Below the pieces are notes generated by a model, which searched no databases, was not told the DNA's origin, and saw only the letters and a list, made by a program, of their open reading frames with translations. Positions 8,941-17,672 of a DNA stretch of 34,175 bases are shown piece by piece. How positions within the stretch are numbered: the first letter of the stretch is position 1; the number at the start of each line of letters is the position of its first letter. Made by a program: the position numbers and the translations under genes. The stretch comes from a bacterium (GTDB lineage Bacteria > SZUA-182 > DTGQ01 > JAFGSM01): contig JBLIRP010000039.1 of assembly GCA_049472355.1 (NCBI GenBank), forward strand, positions 1 through 34,175, given 5' to 3'.

Positions 8941-9513
8941 TTAAATCGCCGGAAAACCCCATAATTGTGCTGTAGTCAACAGATTGAGGTATTCCGGCCC
9001 TGTCAAGCCATACGTAAGTGCATATATCGCATTGGCAAGCGGAATAAAGAATGCCTCGCCGCCGCCTTGCGCACCCGTTACAGGCAAGAGGCCGTATGTG
9101 ACGGTAAAGGTAATCGGATTGGGGACGCCGGCAACGGAATCATAGAGATTCGGCGGAGGCCAGGAATTGAGTCCATACAGCCGATCAAAGTAGAGTAATC
9201 CTGAGCCGAAGGCGACGGGTGTATTGTAGAGGGCCCAGATGCTGGTGGTAGGATCCCATGCTATACACGGCTGAACCGGAAGGATGGTGTTCCTGGTGAG
9301 TTCGGTGACAATGGGTGTTGTGCCGCGGAGCACAAGGGGATCCCAATTGAAATCGGTAACCAGGGGTGGTGACCACAGCGGCCAGAGGACATTGTATGGC
9401 GGCATAAGTGCCCAGTTCTGGGCGCGTGCTGCCGGACTCATGAGCGATCCGAGGATGCTCAAGGCCATAACGGTAAGAAGCAGAAGAAAGAAACCTTTCC
9501 TTTTTCTAATCAT
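8941..9513 (-). CDS. Array paralogue P3 (subtype C)
   Basis: AAGGAGGAG SD; ARA|QNW; YNTPVAFGSG, YALTYGLTG. Confidence 0.9.
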   Translation of the reverse strand: MIRKRKGFFLLLLTVMALSILGSLMSPAARAQNWALMPPYNVLWPLWSPPLVTDFNWDPLVLRGTTPIVTELTRNTILPVQPCIAWDPTTSIWALYNTPVAFGSGLLYFDRLYGLNSWPPPNLYDSVAGVPNPITFTVTYGLLPVTGAQGGGEAFFIPLANAIYALTYGLTGPEYLNLLTTAQLWGFPAI

Positions 9514-9616
9514 GAGCGAATCTCCTCCTTTGAAACATACCTAATATAAGGATCTTGTATGAGCTTATGAGAACCCAATCTTTCGCTCAAAATCATTCCA
9601 TCCGGAAAAAGCCTCC

Positions 9617-10189
9617 TTATATCGGGGGAAGTCCCCACAAATCCCCGTACGTCAGCAATGAGGAAGGGCTAACGCCGAGGGAGTTGCCGTAAGCAAGCAG
9701 GTACGACAGATTTGCCAGATCGACCAGGTACTGGTATTCAACCGATATCCTCCAGGTGAACACGGGATATGTGCTCCACCCTGCCGGCAAGGCCAGAGGA
9801 ACGGGCGCCCCGGTGACGGAATCGAGCAGAGAGGATGGCGGCCAGGGATTCAGCCCGTACCACAGGTCGAAAAATTGCACGCCCACGGGTGAGTTGTAAA
9901 ACATATAGGGAAATACATCACCCATCGGCGACACAATGGGGGTGAGGGGATTAAGACCGAGGGCGGGTTGCACAGGAAGTATCGTACTACGGGAAAGCTC
10001 GGTGATCAGAGGGGTGGGCACCCCCGTAATCGGATCAGGTGGAGAAAGCACGGGAGACCACAGCGGCCAGAGTATATTATACGGGGGTAATGCCGCCCAG
10101 GTTTGTGCGGAAGCCACTGGGGTGATGAGCAGGCAGCCTGCAATCGCAATGGCCACTATAACGATCAAGAACTTTATTTTCCTAATCAT
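9617..10189 (-). CDS. Array paralogue P2 (subtype B)
   Basis: AAAGGAGGG SD favours ATG 10189 (MIRKIK); ASA|QTW; YNSPVG, YLLAYGNSLGVSP. Confidence 0.9.
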   Translation of the reverse strand: MIRKIKFLIVIVAIAIAGCLLITPVASAQTWAALPPYNILWPLWSPVLSPPDPITGVPTPLITELSRSTILPVQPALGLNPLTPIVSPMGDVFPYMFYNSPVGVQFFDLWYGLNPWPPSSLLDSVTGAPVPLALPAGWSTYPVFTWRISVEYQYLVDLANLSYLLAYGNSLGVSPSSLLTYGDLWGLPPI

Positions 10190-10208
10190 AGAACTCATCC
10201 CTCCTTTA

Positions 10209-10787
10209 CTAAAAAACGCTTGGCGGTAAAAGGGCAAGCGGCGTCAGTCCCCAGATATCTACAGCAGTCAACAGGCTGGTGAGAGGCACTCCGTATATAT
10301 TCGAATAATATGTATTGGCCAAGGGCAGATACCACTGCAGGTTCTTTAGATCGGTCGGCAACAGGAGCGACCATCCGAGGGGCAGGGCAATGGGGTTCGG
10401 AACACCGGTTGCGGAATCTACCAAATAGCTGGGAGGCCATTGATTCAAGCCATAAAAGACATCATAGAATAACAACTGATTCCCAAGCGCGGCCGGCGTA
10501 TTGTAGAGCAGCCAGGGGATTCCGGCACCACTCGGTTGAACAGGGTCCCATGCCATAACGGGCTGGATCGGGAGGATGGTATTCCTGGTGATCGCGTTTA
10601 CCAGGGGTGTGGCAAGACCGGTCACCGGATCAATGGGAGACAGGATGTCCGACCAGAGCGGCCAGAGGACATTGTAAGGGGGAAGGGCTGCCCAGTACTG
10701 GGCATGGACAAGGGAAAACCCCATCCCTATGACGATGAAGATAATAAGGGCACATAACACAATCGAATCATGTCTTCCTTTGTACAT
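10209..10787 (-). CDS. Array paralogue P1 (subtype A), first gene of the array
   Basis: GAGAGGTGA SD; VHA|QYW; YNTPAALGNQ, YSNIYGVPL; ends LPPSVF. Confidence 0.9.
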   Translation of the reverse strand: MYKGRHDSIVLCALIIFIVIGMGFSLVHAQYWAALPPYNVLWPLWSDILSPIDPVTGLATPLVNAITRNTILPIQPVMAWDPVQPSGAGIPWLLYNTPAALGNQLLFYDVFYGLNQWPPSYLVDSATGVPNPIALPLGWSLLLPTDLKNLQWYLPLANTYYSNIYGVPLTSLLTAVDIWGLTPLALLPPSVF

Positions 10788-11336
10788 AATTCACCTCTCA
10801 TAACTACCCCATTATCGTTATGTGGATCGAAACCTGATCGTTTAACCAAAAACGACCATCGTGCGCGCACTTACATCAATACACCCCTTTCTACAAAGAA
10901 ATCTGAATGAACTGGAAGGAAAAACATGGACAAGCCAATGCGTCGAATAGATCTCACCTCCTCACAAAAAGGATCTGAGGATATGCGTTATCCTCTATAC
11001 TTTGGACGTATCTATACATTCACACGTGCAGGTTTGACACGGCATACAAAGGAGCAGATACGAATTTTTACAAATCCCTCTATTACGGGAGCCCGCAATA
11101 AAAGATCACGCGCGATACATAAGGATTAAAGAAAGGACTGGATGCTGGCTGGAAATTGGAGGACGGAATGTGCGCAAGCGGTCAGATTATGCAAATGTTT
11201 TTCCGCACAGGAAAAGGACATTGAAACGCCTGCAAGACGATTGGACAATGAACAGGATTTATTTGAAAAAAAATCAAGGCCCCTTTTTTTGAATAGGCAT
11301 CAACCCCTTACTAAGGAGATAAATAATTATATCCAA

Positions 11337-11365
11337 ATTCTAATTCAATTATGTTCAAAAGTCAA
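11337..11365 (-). promoter_or_regulatory. Sigma70-type promoter upstream of the array
   Basis: Minus strand TTGACT (11365-11360), 17-nt spacer, TAGAAT (11342-11337), with very AT-rich upstream DNA. Confidence 0.65.
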
Positions 11366-11545
11366 TAGTAATTATTTGTATTAATAAGTTATTGTAGTCT
11401 AATTTTTTTGAAATATTTTTATGTTTGATATTATTTAGAAGATATAAATAAAGCCATGATAAGAATATTCTGATAGTTTAATCAATCAATCTGGCACCAC
11501 TATTTATTAACTCTTTGTAATCTCTATTTTTTTCTTGCCAGGGAA

Positions 11546-11574
11546 TTGACTCCTTCCCCCGGGTGTTTTACAAT
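11546..11574 (+). promoter_or_regulatory. Sigma70-type promoter of the GT2 operon
   Basis: TTGACT-N17-TACAAT, 45 nt before ATG 11620. Confidence 0.7.
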
Positions 11575-11619
11575 GGCATAACTATTTCATCGTTTGGTTT
11601 TCTGAAATGCTGAGGCATC

Positions 11620-12555
11620 ATGGATAAACAACCGAAGGTCAGTTGCATCATCCCGACATACAACCGCGCATCATGTCTCTCCCAGGCCATCGATTCGGTG
11701 CTGGCCCAGGATTATGAAGACCTCGATCTGCTCGTTGTCGATGATGGCTCTACCGACCATACCTCCTCCATCCTGGAGGGATACGGACAAAGGATCCATG
11801 CCTTTCACCAGCCCCACAAGGGGGTCAGTGCGGCAAGAAATCTGGGGCTTGAGAAGTCCAAAGGCGAATACATCGCCTATCTCGATTCCGATGATGTGTG
11901 GTTGCCACGGAAGATATCCATCCAGGCCCGGTTCCTTGACCGGAATCCCGACTATCCCCTCTGCTACACCGAGGAGATCTGGTATCGAAACGGCATACGG
12001 GTCAATCCGGGAAAGAGACATCGAAAATATTCCGGCCGTATCTTCACCCAGTGTCTTCCCCTGTGTATCATCAGTCCCTCATCAGCCATGATGCGCAAAA
12101 AGATCCTGGAAGAGGCAAGCGGATTTGACGAAGACCTGCCTGCGGCGGAGGACTATGCCCTCTGGCTTCGGATCACCGCCTGCCATCCGGTATACCTTGT
12201 TCCCATGCCACTGATCGTGAAAAGGGGTGGGCATCCGGACCAGCTCTCCCGTTCGGTCGCCCACATTGATCGTTACAGAATCAAGGCACTTACAAAGATA
12301 CTCACCAGGGGAAAACCTACTTCGGCGCTATGGCACCAGGCATGGAGAGAGCTCCGTGCAAAATGCCGAATCTACGGCGAAGGCTGCCATAGGCATGGCC
12401 GCCGGGATGAGGCGGCCTTCATCCTCGCCCTGCCCGAGACAATCCTCAAACGCTCAGGGCAGCAAAGGGATTGCTCGGCCGCGCCTCCCTCTCAACCCGA
12501 CCATACCGCGGGTATCACACAACCCGCAGACTGCCCTGCAATGATGGTCTCCTGA
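11620..12555 (+). CDS. Glycosyltransferase family 2 (GT-A fold)
   Basis: VSCIIPTYNR, VVDDGSTD, GVSAARNLG, IAYLDSDD, EDYALWLR. Confidence 0.93.
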   Translation: MDKQPKVSCIIPTYNRASCLSQAIDSVLAQDYEDLDLLVVDDGSTDHTSSILEGYGQRIHAFHQPHKGVSAARNLGLEKSKGEYIAYLDSDDVWLPRKISIQARFLDRNPDYPLCYTEEIWYRNGIRVNPGKRHRKYSGRIFTQCLPLCIISPSSAMMRKKILEEASGFDEDLPAAEDYALWLRITACHPVYLVPMPLIVKRGGHPDQLSRSVAHIDRYRIKALTKILTRGKPTSALWHQAWRELRAKCRIYGEGCHRHGRRDEAAFILALPETILKRSGQQRDCSAAPPSQPDHTAGITQPADCPAMMVS

Positions 12556-12577
12556 TGCCCGATAGGGAGGAAATCGT

Positions 12578-13567
12578 ATGACCGGAAACAGTGCCGATAA
12601 ATCGGTGCGCTGCACCCTCGAATCCCTTGATATATCGCGGATCGATGTGAACAACAGGGAGTTCGGCCTTCATTTCTTCCGAAACCCTTCCCCCTCGCTC
12701 GTTGAGTCCGTAAAACAGTTCGGCATTATCTACCCCCCTCTCGTGCGCGCCGCTGGCAGTGGCTTCCAAATCCTGGACGGATTTCTGCGCATCGAGGCCG
12801 CCCGATTGTGCAACACAAAGGTGATCCAGTGCAGCGTGTGCGATGAAAACCTCGATCATCAGCACCTTGCCCGGTTTCTCCTGTCCATCGCCCTTTCGGG
12901 GGGCCTGCCCCACATACTGGACAGGGCGGTCATCGTACAGAAAATGACCGCGATCCTCCCACAGGATCGCGTGGTCAGGGACATTCTTCCCCTCCTCGGC
13001 CTGCAGCCTAACACGAAGGTGCTCCAAAGGCTCGTGCCCCTTTCCAGGCTGGACGAAGAAATGGGCAGGGCACTGCTCGATCAAAGGATCAATCATGACA
13101 TGGCGCTTCGGCTCATGGAACTTGAACCTGAGGTGCGATCCCGCATCACCACCCTGTTTCTTTATTTCCGGTATAGTCAGTCCAAGCAGTTCGAGATTCT
13201 GGACAATCTCCTGGACATCGCAGAAAGGGAACAGGTATCCCCGGTTCAAGTCCTTGAGGAGGTGGGATGGAACGGAGAAGGCCCGGAACCGCCCGAAGAA
13301 AACAGGGTTGCCGCCGGAGAGGCATTGCGAAACGAACTCAGGGATCGCCGGTACCCCACAATGACGGGCCTGGAGAGGTCATGGAGGACGAGAATCAAAT
13401 CCCTCCGCCTGCCCCCCTCCATCTCCCTCACGCCCCCCTCTTCCTTTGAGGGGAGTACCTACCGGATCAGTTTCGCCTTCAAGACCCTGGAAGAATACAA
13501 GGCACTACTCTCCAGGCTGAAGGACATGGGTGAACAGGATGAGTGGACGCAACTGCTCCCCGGTTAG
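12578..13567 (+). CDS. ParB/Srx N-terminal domain protein
   Basis: LVESVKQFGIIYPPLVR...FQILDGFLRIEAAR matches the ParB/Srx boxes; GGGAGG SD. Confidence 0.75.
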   Translation: MTGNSADKSVRCTLESLDISRIDVNNREFGLHFFRNPSPSLVESVKQFGIIYPPLVRAAGSGFQILDGFLRIEAARLCNTKVIQCSVCDENLDHQHLARFLLSIALSGGLPHILDRAVIVQKMTAILPQDRVVRDILPLLGLQPNTKVLQRLVPLSRLDEEMGRALLDQRINHDMALRLMELEPEVRSRITTLFLYFRYSQSKQFEILDNLLDIAEREQVSPVQVLEEVGWNGEGPEPPEENRVAAGEALRNELRDRRYPTMTGLERSWRTRIKSLRLPPSISLTPPSSFEGSTYRISFAFKTLEEYKALLSRLKDMGEQDEWTQLLPG

Positions 13568-14645
13568 GTATCCGATCAATCGGTTGATTGTCGAGCAGGG
13601 GACCGAAGGGGACAGGATCACCCGCAATGTCCTGGATGCCCTCCCCTCCCTGATCCCCGAATATATCGAATACGAACGGATCAAATCACTCGATGCGGAC
13701 CGGCACACCATCATCGTAACGCACAATCGAGGGAAATTCCTGAAGCGCTGTCCCGGCACCAAGGAATACCTGTGCTGTCTGTATGGCTTCCTGAATGTGG
13801 GTCTCAACTGTCCCATCGACTGCACCTATTGCATACTCCAGGTGTACCTGAACACCAATGCATTGGTGCTGTTCAGCAATCATACGGATATGCTCGCCGA
13901 ACTCGGAGCGGAACTCATCGCCGAGCCTTCCCTTGTTCGGATCGGGACCGGAGAGCTGACGGACAGCCTTGCGCTCGATCCCCTGACCGGCCTCAGTCCG
14001 CTCCTGATCGACTTCTTCTCCGGGCAGAGGCAGGCATTCCTGGAATTGAAAACCAAATCCGACCATGTGGAGCACCTCCTGCATCTCGATCACAGGGGAC
14101 AGACGATCATCTCGTGGTCACTCAATCCGCAATCGGTGGCAGAAAGCGAGGAGGGACTTGCGGCACCTGTTCAGGCACGTATCACCGCAGCCAAGCGGTG
14201 CCTGGAGCATGGCTATAGGATCGGATTCCACTTCGATCCTATCATCCTGTACAAGGGATGGGAGTCCGGCTATGAATCGCTCATAGACCTTCTCTTCTCG
14301 CATATTCCTCCCCACTCCATAACATGGATCAGCATGGGATGCTTCCGTTTCATACCACCGCTTAAAGGGATCATACGCCAGCGGTTTCCTGCAAGCAGGA
14401 TCACCTATGAGGAATTCATCCCCGGCCTGGACAAAAAGATGCGCTATCCGCAACCGGTGCGGATACACATCTATTCATCCCTTGCAGGTTGGATCAGAAA
14501 GAGGTCACCCGAGGCATTCATCTATCTGTGCATGGAATCCCCTGAGGTATGGAAGGCGGCGCTCGGTGAGGCGCCCGGCGACAACGAGGTCCTGAAGTCG
14601 TGGCTCGATGAGCGGTGTAAAAAAGCGCCGATAATAGAAAAGTAA
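13539..14645 (+). CDS. Spore-photoproduct-lyase-like radical SAM protein
   Basis: CPIDCTYC (CxxxCxxC), LELKTKSD, SWSLNP, GFHFDPII, YLCMES. Start uncertain (13530 or 13539). Confidence 0.85.
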   Translation: MSGRNCSPVRYPINRLIVEQGTEGDRITRNVLDALPSLIPEYIEYERIKSLDADRHTIIVTHNRGKFLKRCPGTKEYLCCLYGFLNVGLNCPIDCTYCILQVYLNTNALVLFSNHTDMLAELGAELIAEPSLVRIGTGELTDSLALDPLTGLSPLLIDFFSGQRQAFLELKTKSDHVEHLLHLDHRGQTIISWSLNPQSVAESEEGLAAPVQARITAAKRCLEHGYRIGFHFDPIILYKGWESGYESLIDLLFSHIPPHSITWISMGCFRFIPPLKGIIRQRFPASRITYEEFIPGLDKKMRYPQPVRIHIYSSLAGWIRKRSPEAFIYLCMESPEVWKAALGEAPGDNEVLKSWLDERCKKAPIIEK

Positions 14646-14758
14646 CCCATGCTTTCGTAATTACCCAAACATTAATTGTTCAATAGCCTGCGCAATGAGG
14701 AAGGGGGGTATTGATCAATCACATAAACCCGCATGACCACCACGAAAGGAACGATGCA

Positions 14759-15196
14759 ATGAAAAAGGTTATCCTCATACTCATCTCCATCATGTTCGTC
14801 TGGGCATCCGCGGCGTGTGCCGGCGATGCGGATGCCATCCTGGGGGAGTGGTACACGGAGGGCGAAAGGGCTGTGGTCGAGATGTATCGATGTGCGGACC
14901 ATTATTGCGGGAAAATCGTATGGCTCAAGGAGCCGAAAAATGCGGACGGGAGCGACAAGATGGACATCCACAATCCTGACCCGTCCAAGAAGCGGTGCCC
15001 GGTGGTGGGCATCAACATCGTCCGGGATTTCGAGTATAAAGAAAAGAATAAGTGGGGTGATGGAGAGATCTATGATCCGGACAATGGAAAGAGCTATTCG
15101 TGCAAGATGGCCCTTGATGGTGACACCCTGAAGGTGCGGGGATACATTGGGATCTCCCTGCTGGGGAGGACCACCCGGTGGACCCGCAAACTTTGA
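14759..15196 (+). CDS. DUF2147-family exported protein
   Basis: Signal peptide; ILGEWYT, CGKIVWLKEP, GEIYDPDNGKSY, LKVRGYIGISLLGRTTRWTR. Confidence 0.88.
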   Translation: MKKVILILISIMFVWASAACAGDADAILGEWYTEGERAVVEMYRCADHYCGKIVWLKEPKNADGSDKMDIHNPDPSKKRCPVVGINIVRDFEYKEKNKWGDGEIYDPDNGKSYSCKMALDGDTLKVRGYIGISLLGRTTRWTRKL

Positions 15197-15289
15197 CCGG
15201 GCTGGGAATCCCGGGTCCGTTCCGAAATCCGCATCCAGCTCATCTTCTTCGCCGATCCGGGGGAATCCGGCTCCTTCCCTGACCCCTCA

Positions 15290-16891
15290 TCAGGAGTCAT
15301 GACCACTTGCAGGTTCCGGAAGAAAGTCCTTGTAGGAGAGGGTGGGGAAGACATTATCCTGTCTTTCGATCCGCAGGAGCCCTTCCTCGTCGATGGCATT
15401 ATTTTCAATCTGATGAATGAGCCTCCAGAACCGTCCGATATGCTCCTTGATCCTGCGGGTAGCGTATTCGGTAAGGGTTTGATTGTGCAGGATAAATGTC
15501 CAGTCGCTGCTCTGGGCCAGAAGGAGTTCCCGTCCCGCCTGGTTGAGGGCCCTCTCTTCCAGGTCGCTCCGTAGGTCCTGACGGGCCATGTCCTCCATCT
15601 TCTCACCCGCCTTGAACAGATGAGGATATACCCATCCATTCCTCTCGTTCAGCCACACCTCGTGATACCCCTTCCACCCCCAGCTCCCCCCCGGAGGCTG
15701 GGCGTGCTGTACCGGGAAACCGAGGGCCATGAAAGCGCCCGGTGTAATCGGGGCAAAAAATTCCCTGCATTCCGACAGTTTTCGAAACAGGGCATCCACC
15801 CACAAAGGCCCCTCGAACCACCAGTGTCCGAAGAGTTCCGCATCATAAAAGGCGCACACAACAGGGGGAAACGGCATGGACAGAAAGAGGTCCCTGGCAT
15901 GCCGCATTCGATGGGCCAAAAAATCGTCCGCATGGATGGAAACCTTGCGTGCGGCACTGTCAGGATCATATATCTGATGTTCCCCCCCGCGTTGTTCTAT
16001 CCGATGGTATTTCATGCCTGTATGGCAGCGCACGCCCCCGGGAAGATACGGCCTCAGGTAATCCAGGTCCAGATCATATCCTATGTCCCTGTAAAAATCC
16101 CGGTAATCGTAATCACCCGGATAGCCGTCCAGGGAACTCCACACCTCTTTCGCGGAATGAACATCCCTGCCGAATGCGACCATTCCCGAAGGGCAGACAA
16201 CCGGGGCATAGGTCCCGAACTCGGGGGACGGAGCGGAATCGCATACGGTGTGGGTGTCGAGGAAGGTGTATTCGATCCCCGCACGGAGAAGGATCCGATC
16301 GAGGCCGGGGAAATAGCCGCACTCGGGAAGCCACAGCCCGGCGGGAGAGATCCCGAAAAGCCTGCGATATTCCTTCACTGCTACCGCGATCTGTGCCCTG
16401 ATCCCTGATGCCGTCGGCCTCAAAAGGGGAAGATAGGCATGGGTGGCGGCACAGGTGATGATTTCCAGTATCCCTTCATCCTGATAGGATTTAAATACAT
16501 GAATGAGGTCCCCGCTGCATCGTTCGTCAAAGGTCTTCAGTGCGCTTCGATAGTACGATCGGTACATACCTGCAAGGGAAGAGAGTTCGGGTATTTTGGT
16601 GGTGCGCTTGATCTCCTTGCCGGCCAGATCGATCTGGAATCGAAGATAGGAGCGAAGCCGTTCAATGAGCAATGGATTTTCCAACTGTGCAAGGAGCGTC
16701 GGGCTCAGCGAAAGGGTGATCCCCAACGGCACACCATCGCGGACCAGTCGATCGAATACCTGGATGAGCCGTATATAGCAATCGATCAGCGCCTCATACA
16801 GCCATCGCTGTTCAAGCGTATCCTCGGCGCCGGGATCAAGCACATAGGGCATATGTGCATGCAGAAGCAGGAGAAAATAGGACGTATTCAC
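15290..16891 (-). CDS. GH57 1,4-alpha-glucan branching enzyme (DUF1957 domain)
   Basis: LHAHMPYV, GLWLPECGY, YDAELFGHWWFEG, RELLLAQSSDW. Confidence 0.92.
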   Translation of the reverse strand: MNTSYFLLLLHAHMPYVLDPGAEDTLEQRWLYEALIDCYIRLIQVFDRLVRDGVPLGITLSLSPTLLAQLENPLLIERLRSYLRFQIDLAGKEIKRTTKIPELSSLAGMYRSYYRSALKTFDERCSGDLIHVFKSYQDEGILEIITCAATHAYLPLLRPTASGIRAQIAVAVKEYRRLFGISPAGLWLPECGYFPGLDRILLRAGIEYTFLDTHTVCDSAPSPEFGTYAPVVCPSGMVAFGRDVHSAKEVWSSLDGYPGDYDYRDFYRDIGYDLDLDYLRPYLPGGVRCHTGMKYHRIEQRGGEHQIYDPDSAARKVSIHADDFLAHRMRHARDLFLSMPFPPVVCAFYDAELFGHWWFEGPLWVDALFRKLSECREFFAPITPGAFMALGFPVQHAQPPGGSWGWKGYHEVWLNERNGWVYPHLFKAGEKMEDMARQDLRSDLEERALNQAGRELLLAQSSDWTFILHNQTLTEYATRRIKEHIGRFWRLIHQIENNAIDEEGLLRIERQDNVFPTLSYKDFLPEPASGHDS

Positions 16892-16893
16892 CG

Positions 16894-17649
16894 TTACCGG
16901 TCGGGATCGAGAGTGGATGGCGGGAAAGACATCGCCGATGAAGGGCTGGAGTGCCTCTCCGAAGGGGAGGGATTGAACAGGTGCTCGCCGAAAAGGCCGA
17001 AAAGTCGCAGTGTCCTGAGTGCCTCCTCCGAATAATACCGTTCGAGCAGGGATCTCCAGGGAGGAAGTCCGGGGATTGACTCCGTTTTTTCGGGAAGATC
17101 ACGATAGTATTCGATCACATCCCTTTCCGTTATGTATTCCATGAGATGCTGCCTCTGGTCTTCACCCTCATGCTTCATCTCCTCCTGTGAGGGAGGCTGC
17201 TCTGTGCGGGCATCCTCCGCCGATGCCTGCACCGCCACCGGTTCACCTGCAATATCCAGCTTGTTGGAAAAACAGATGGAAATGAAGGCCCCGGTCTCCG
17301 GATCCGCATACCCCAATTCCGCGCGGCACATGGTCACCGGCTTCTCCATGGCAACAAACCAGGTATTGATCAACCCCTCGACGGAGACATCATAGCAAAT
17401 CGCCGGTGTTTCGGCAGGTGAATCCTTGAAAAGGCAGTATATTCGAAGAAATAATTCAGGATCTTCGACAACATCCCCCCCCATCAGGTCGGGTACACCT
17501 TCAGGGATTATCTGCCACAGCACATGGAGATGGGAAGGGTCCACTTCGAGAAGGTAGAGATAATTTTCCCCATAATGCATGGGGAAAAATGCTATGTCTT
17601 CTTCCGGCATAAGATTCTCCTTTTTTTCAATTTTAAGGTGCTCCACCAA
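16894..17649 (-). CDS. DUF4912-like protein
   Basis: PMHYGENYLYLLEVDPSHLHVLWQI, ...WFV...AELGY, Ser-rich C-terminus; sits directly upstream of the GH57 branching enzyme, the usual context for this family. Start uncertain. Confidence 0.75.
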   Translation of the reverse strand: MVEHLKIEKKENLMPEEDIAFFPMHYGENYLYLLEVDPSHLHVLWQIIPEGVPDLMGGDVVEDPELFLRIYCLFKDSPAETPAICYDVSVEGLINTWFVAMEKPVTMCRAELGYADPETGAFISICFSNKLDIAGEPVAVQASAEDARTEQPPSQEEMKHEGEDQRQHLMEYITERDVIEYYRDLPEKTESIPGLPPWRSLLERYYSEEALRTLRLFGLFGEHLFNPSPSERHSSPSSAMSFPPSTLDPDR

Positions 17650-17672
17650 TCAGGGGTGGACAACGGGCCACA

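Noticed and set aside
3676..10787. Array as a diversity-generating retroelement target, integron cassette array or recombinational antigenic-variation locus
   Set aside because: No reverse transcriptase, integrase or attC-like repeats. The copies differ throughout, including indels, and each has its own SD and signal peptide.
11189..11206. Possible sigma54 promoter on the minus strand (GG-N10-GC with TTGCAT)
   Set aside because: The -24 box (CGGAAA) matches TGGCAC poorly, so a chance match is likely.
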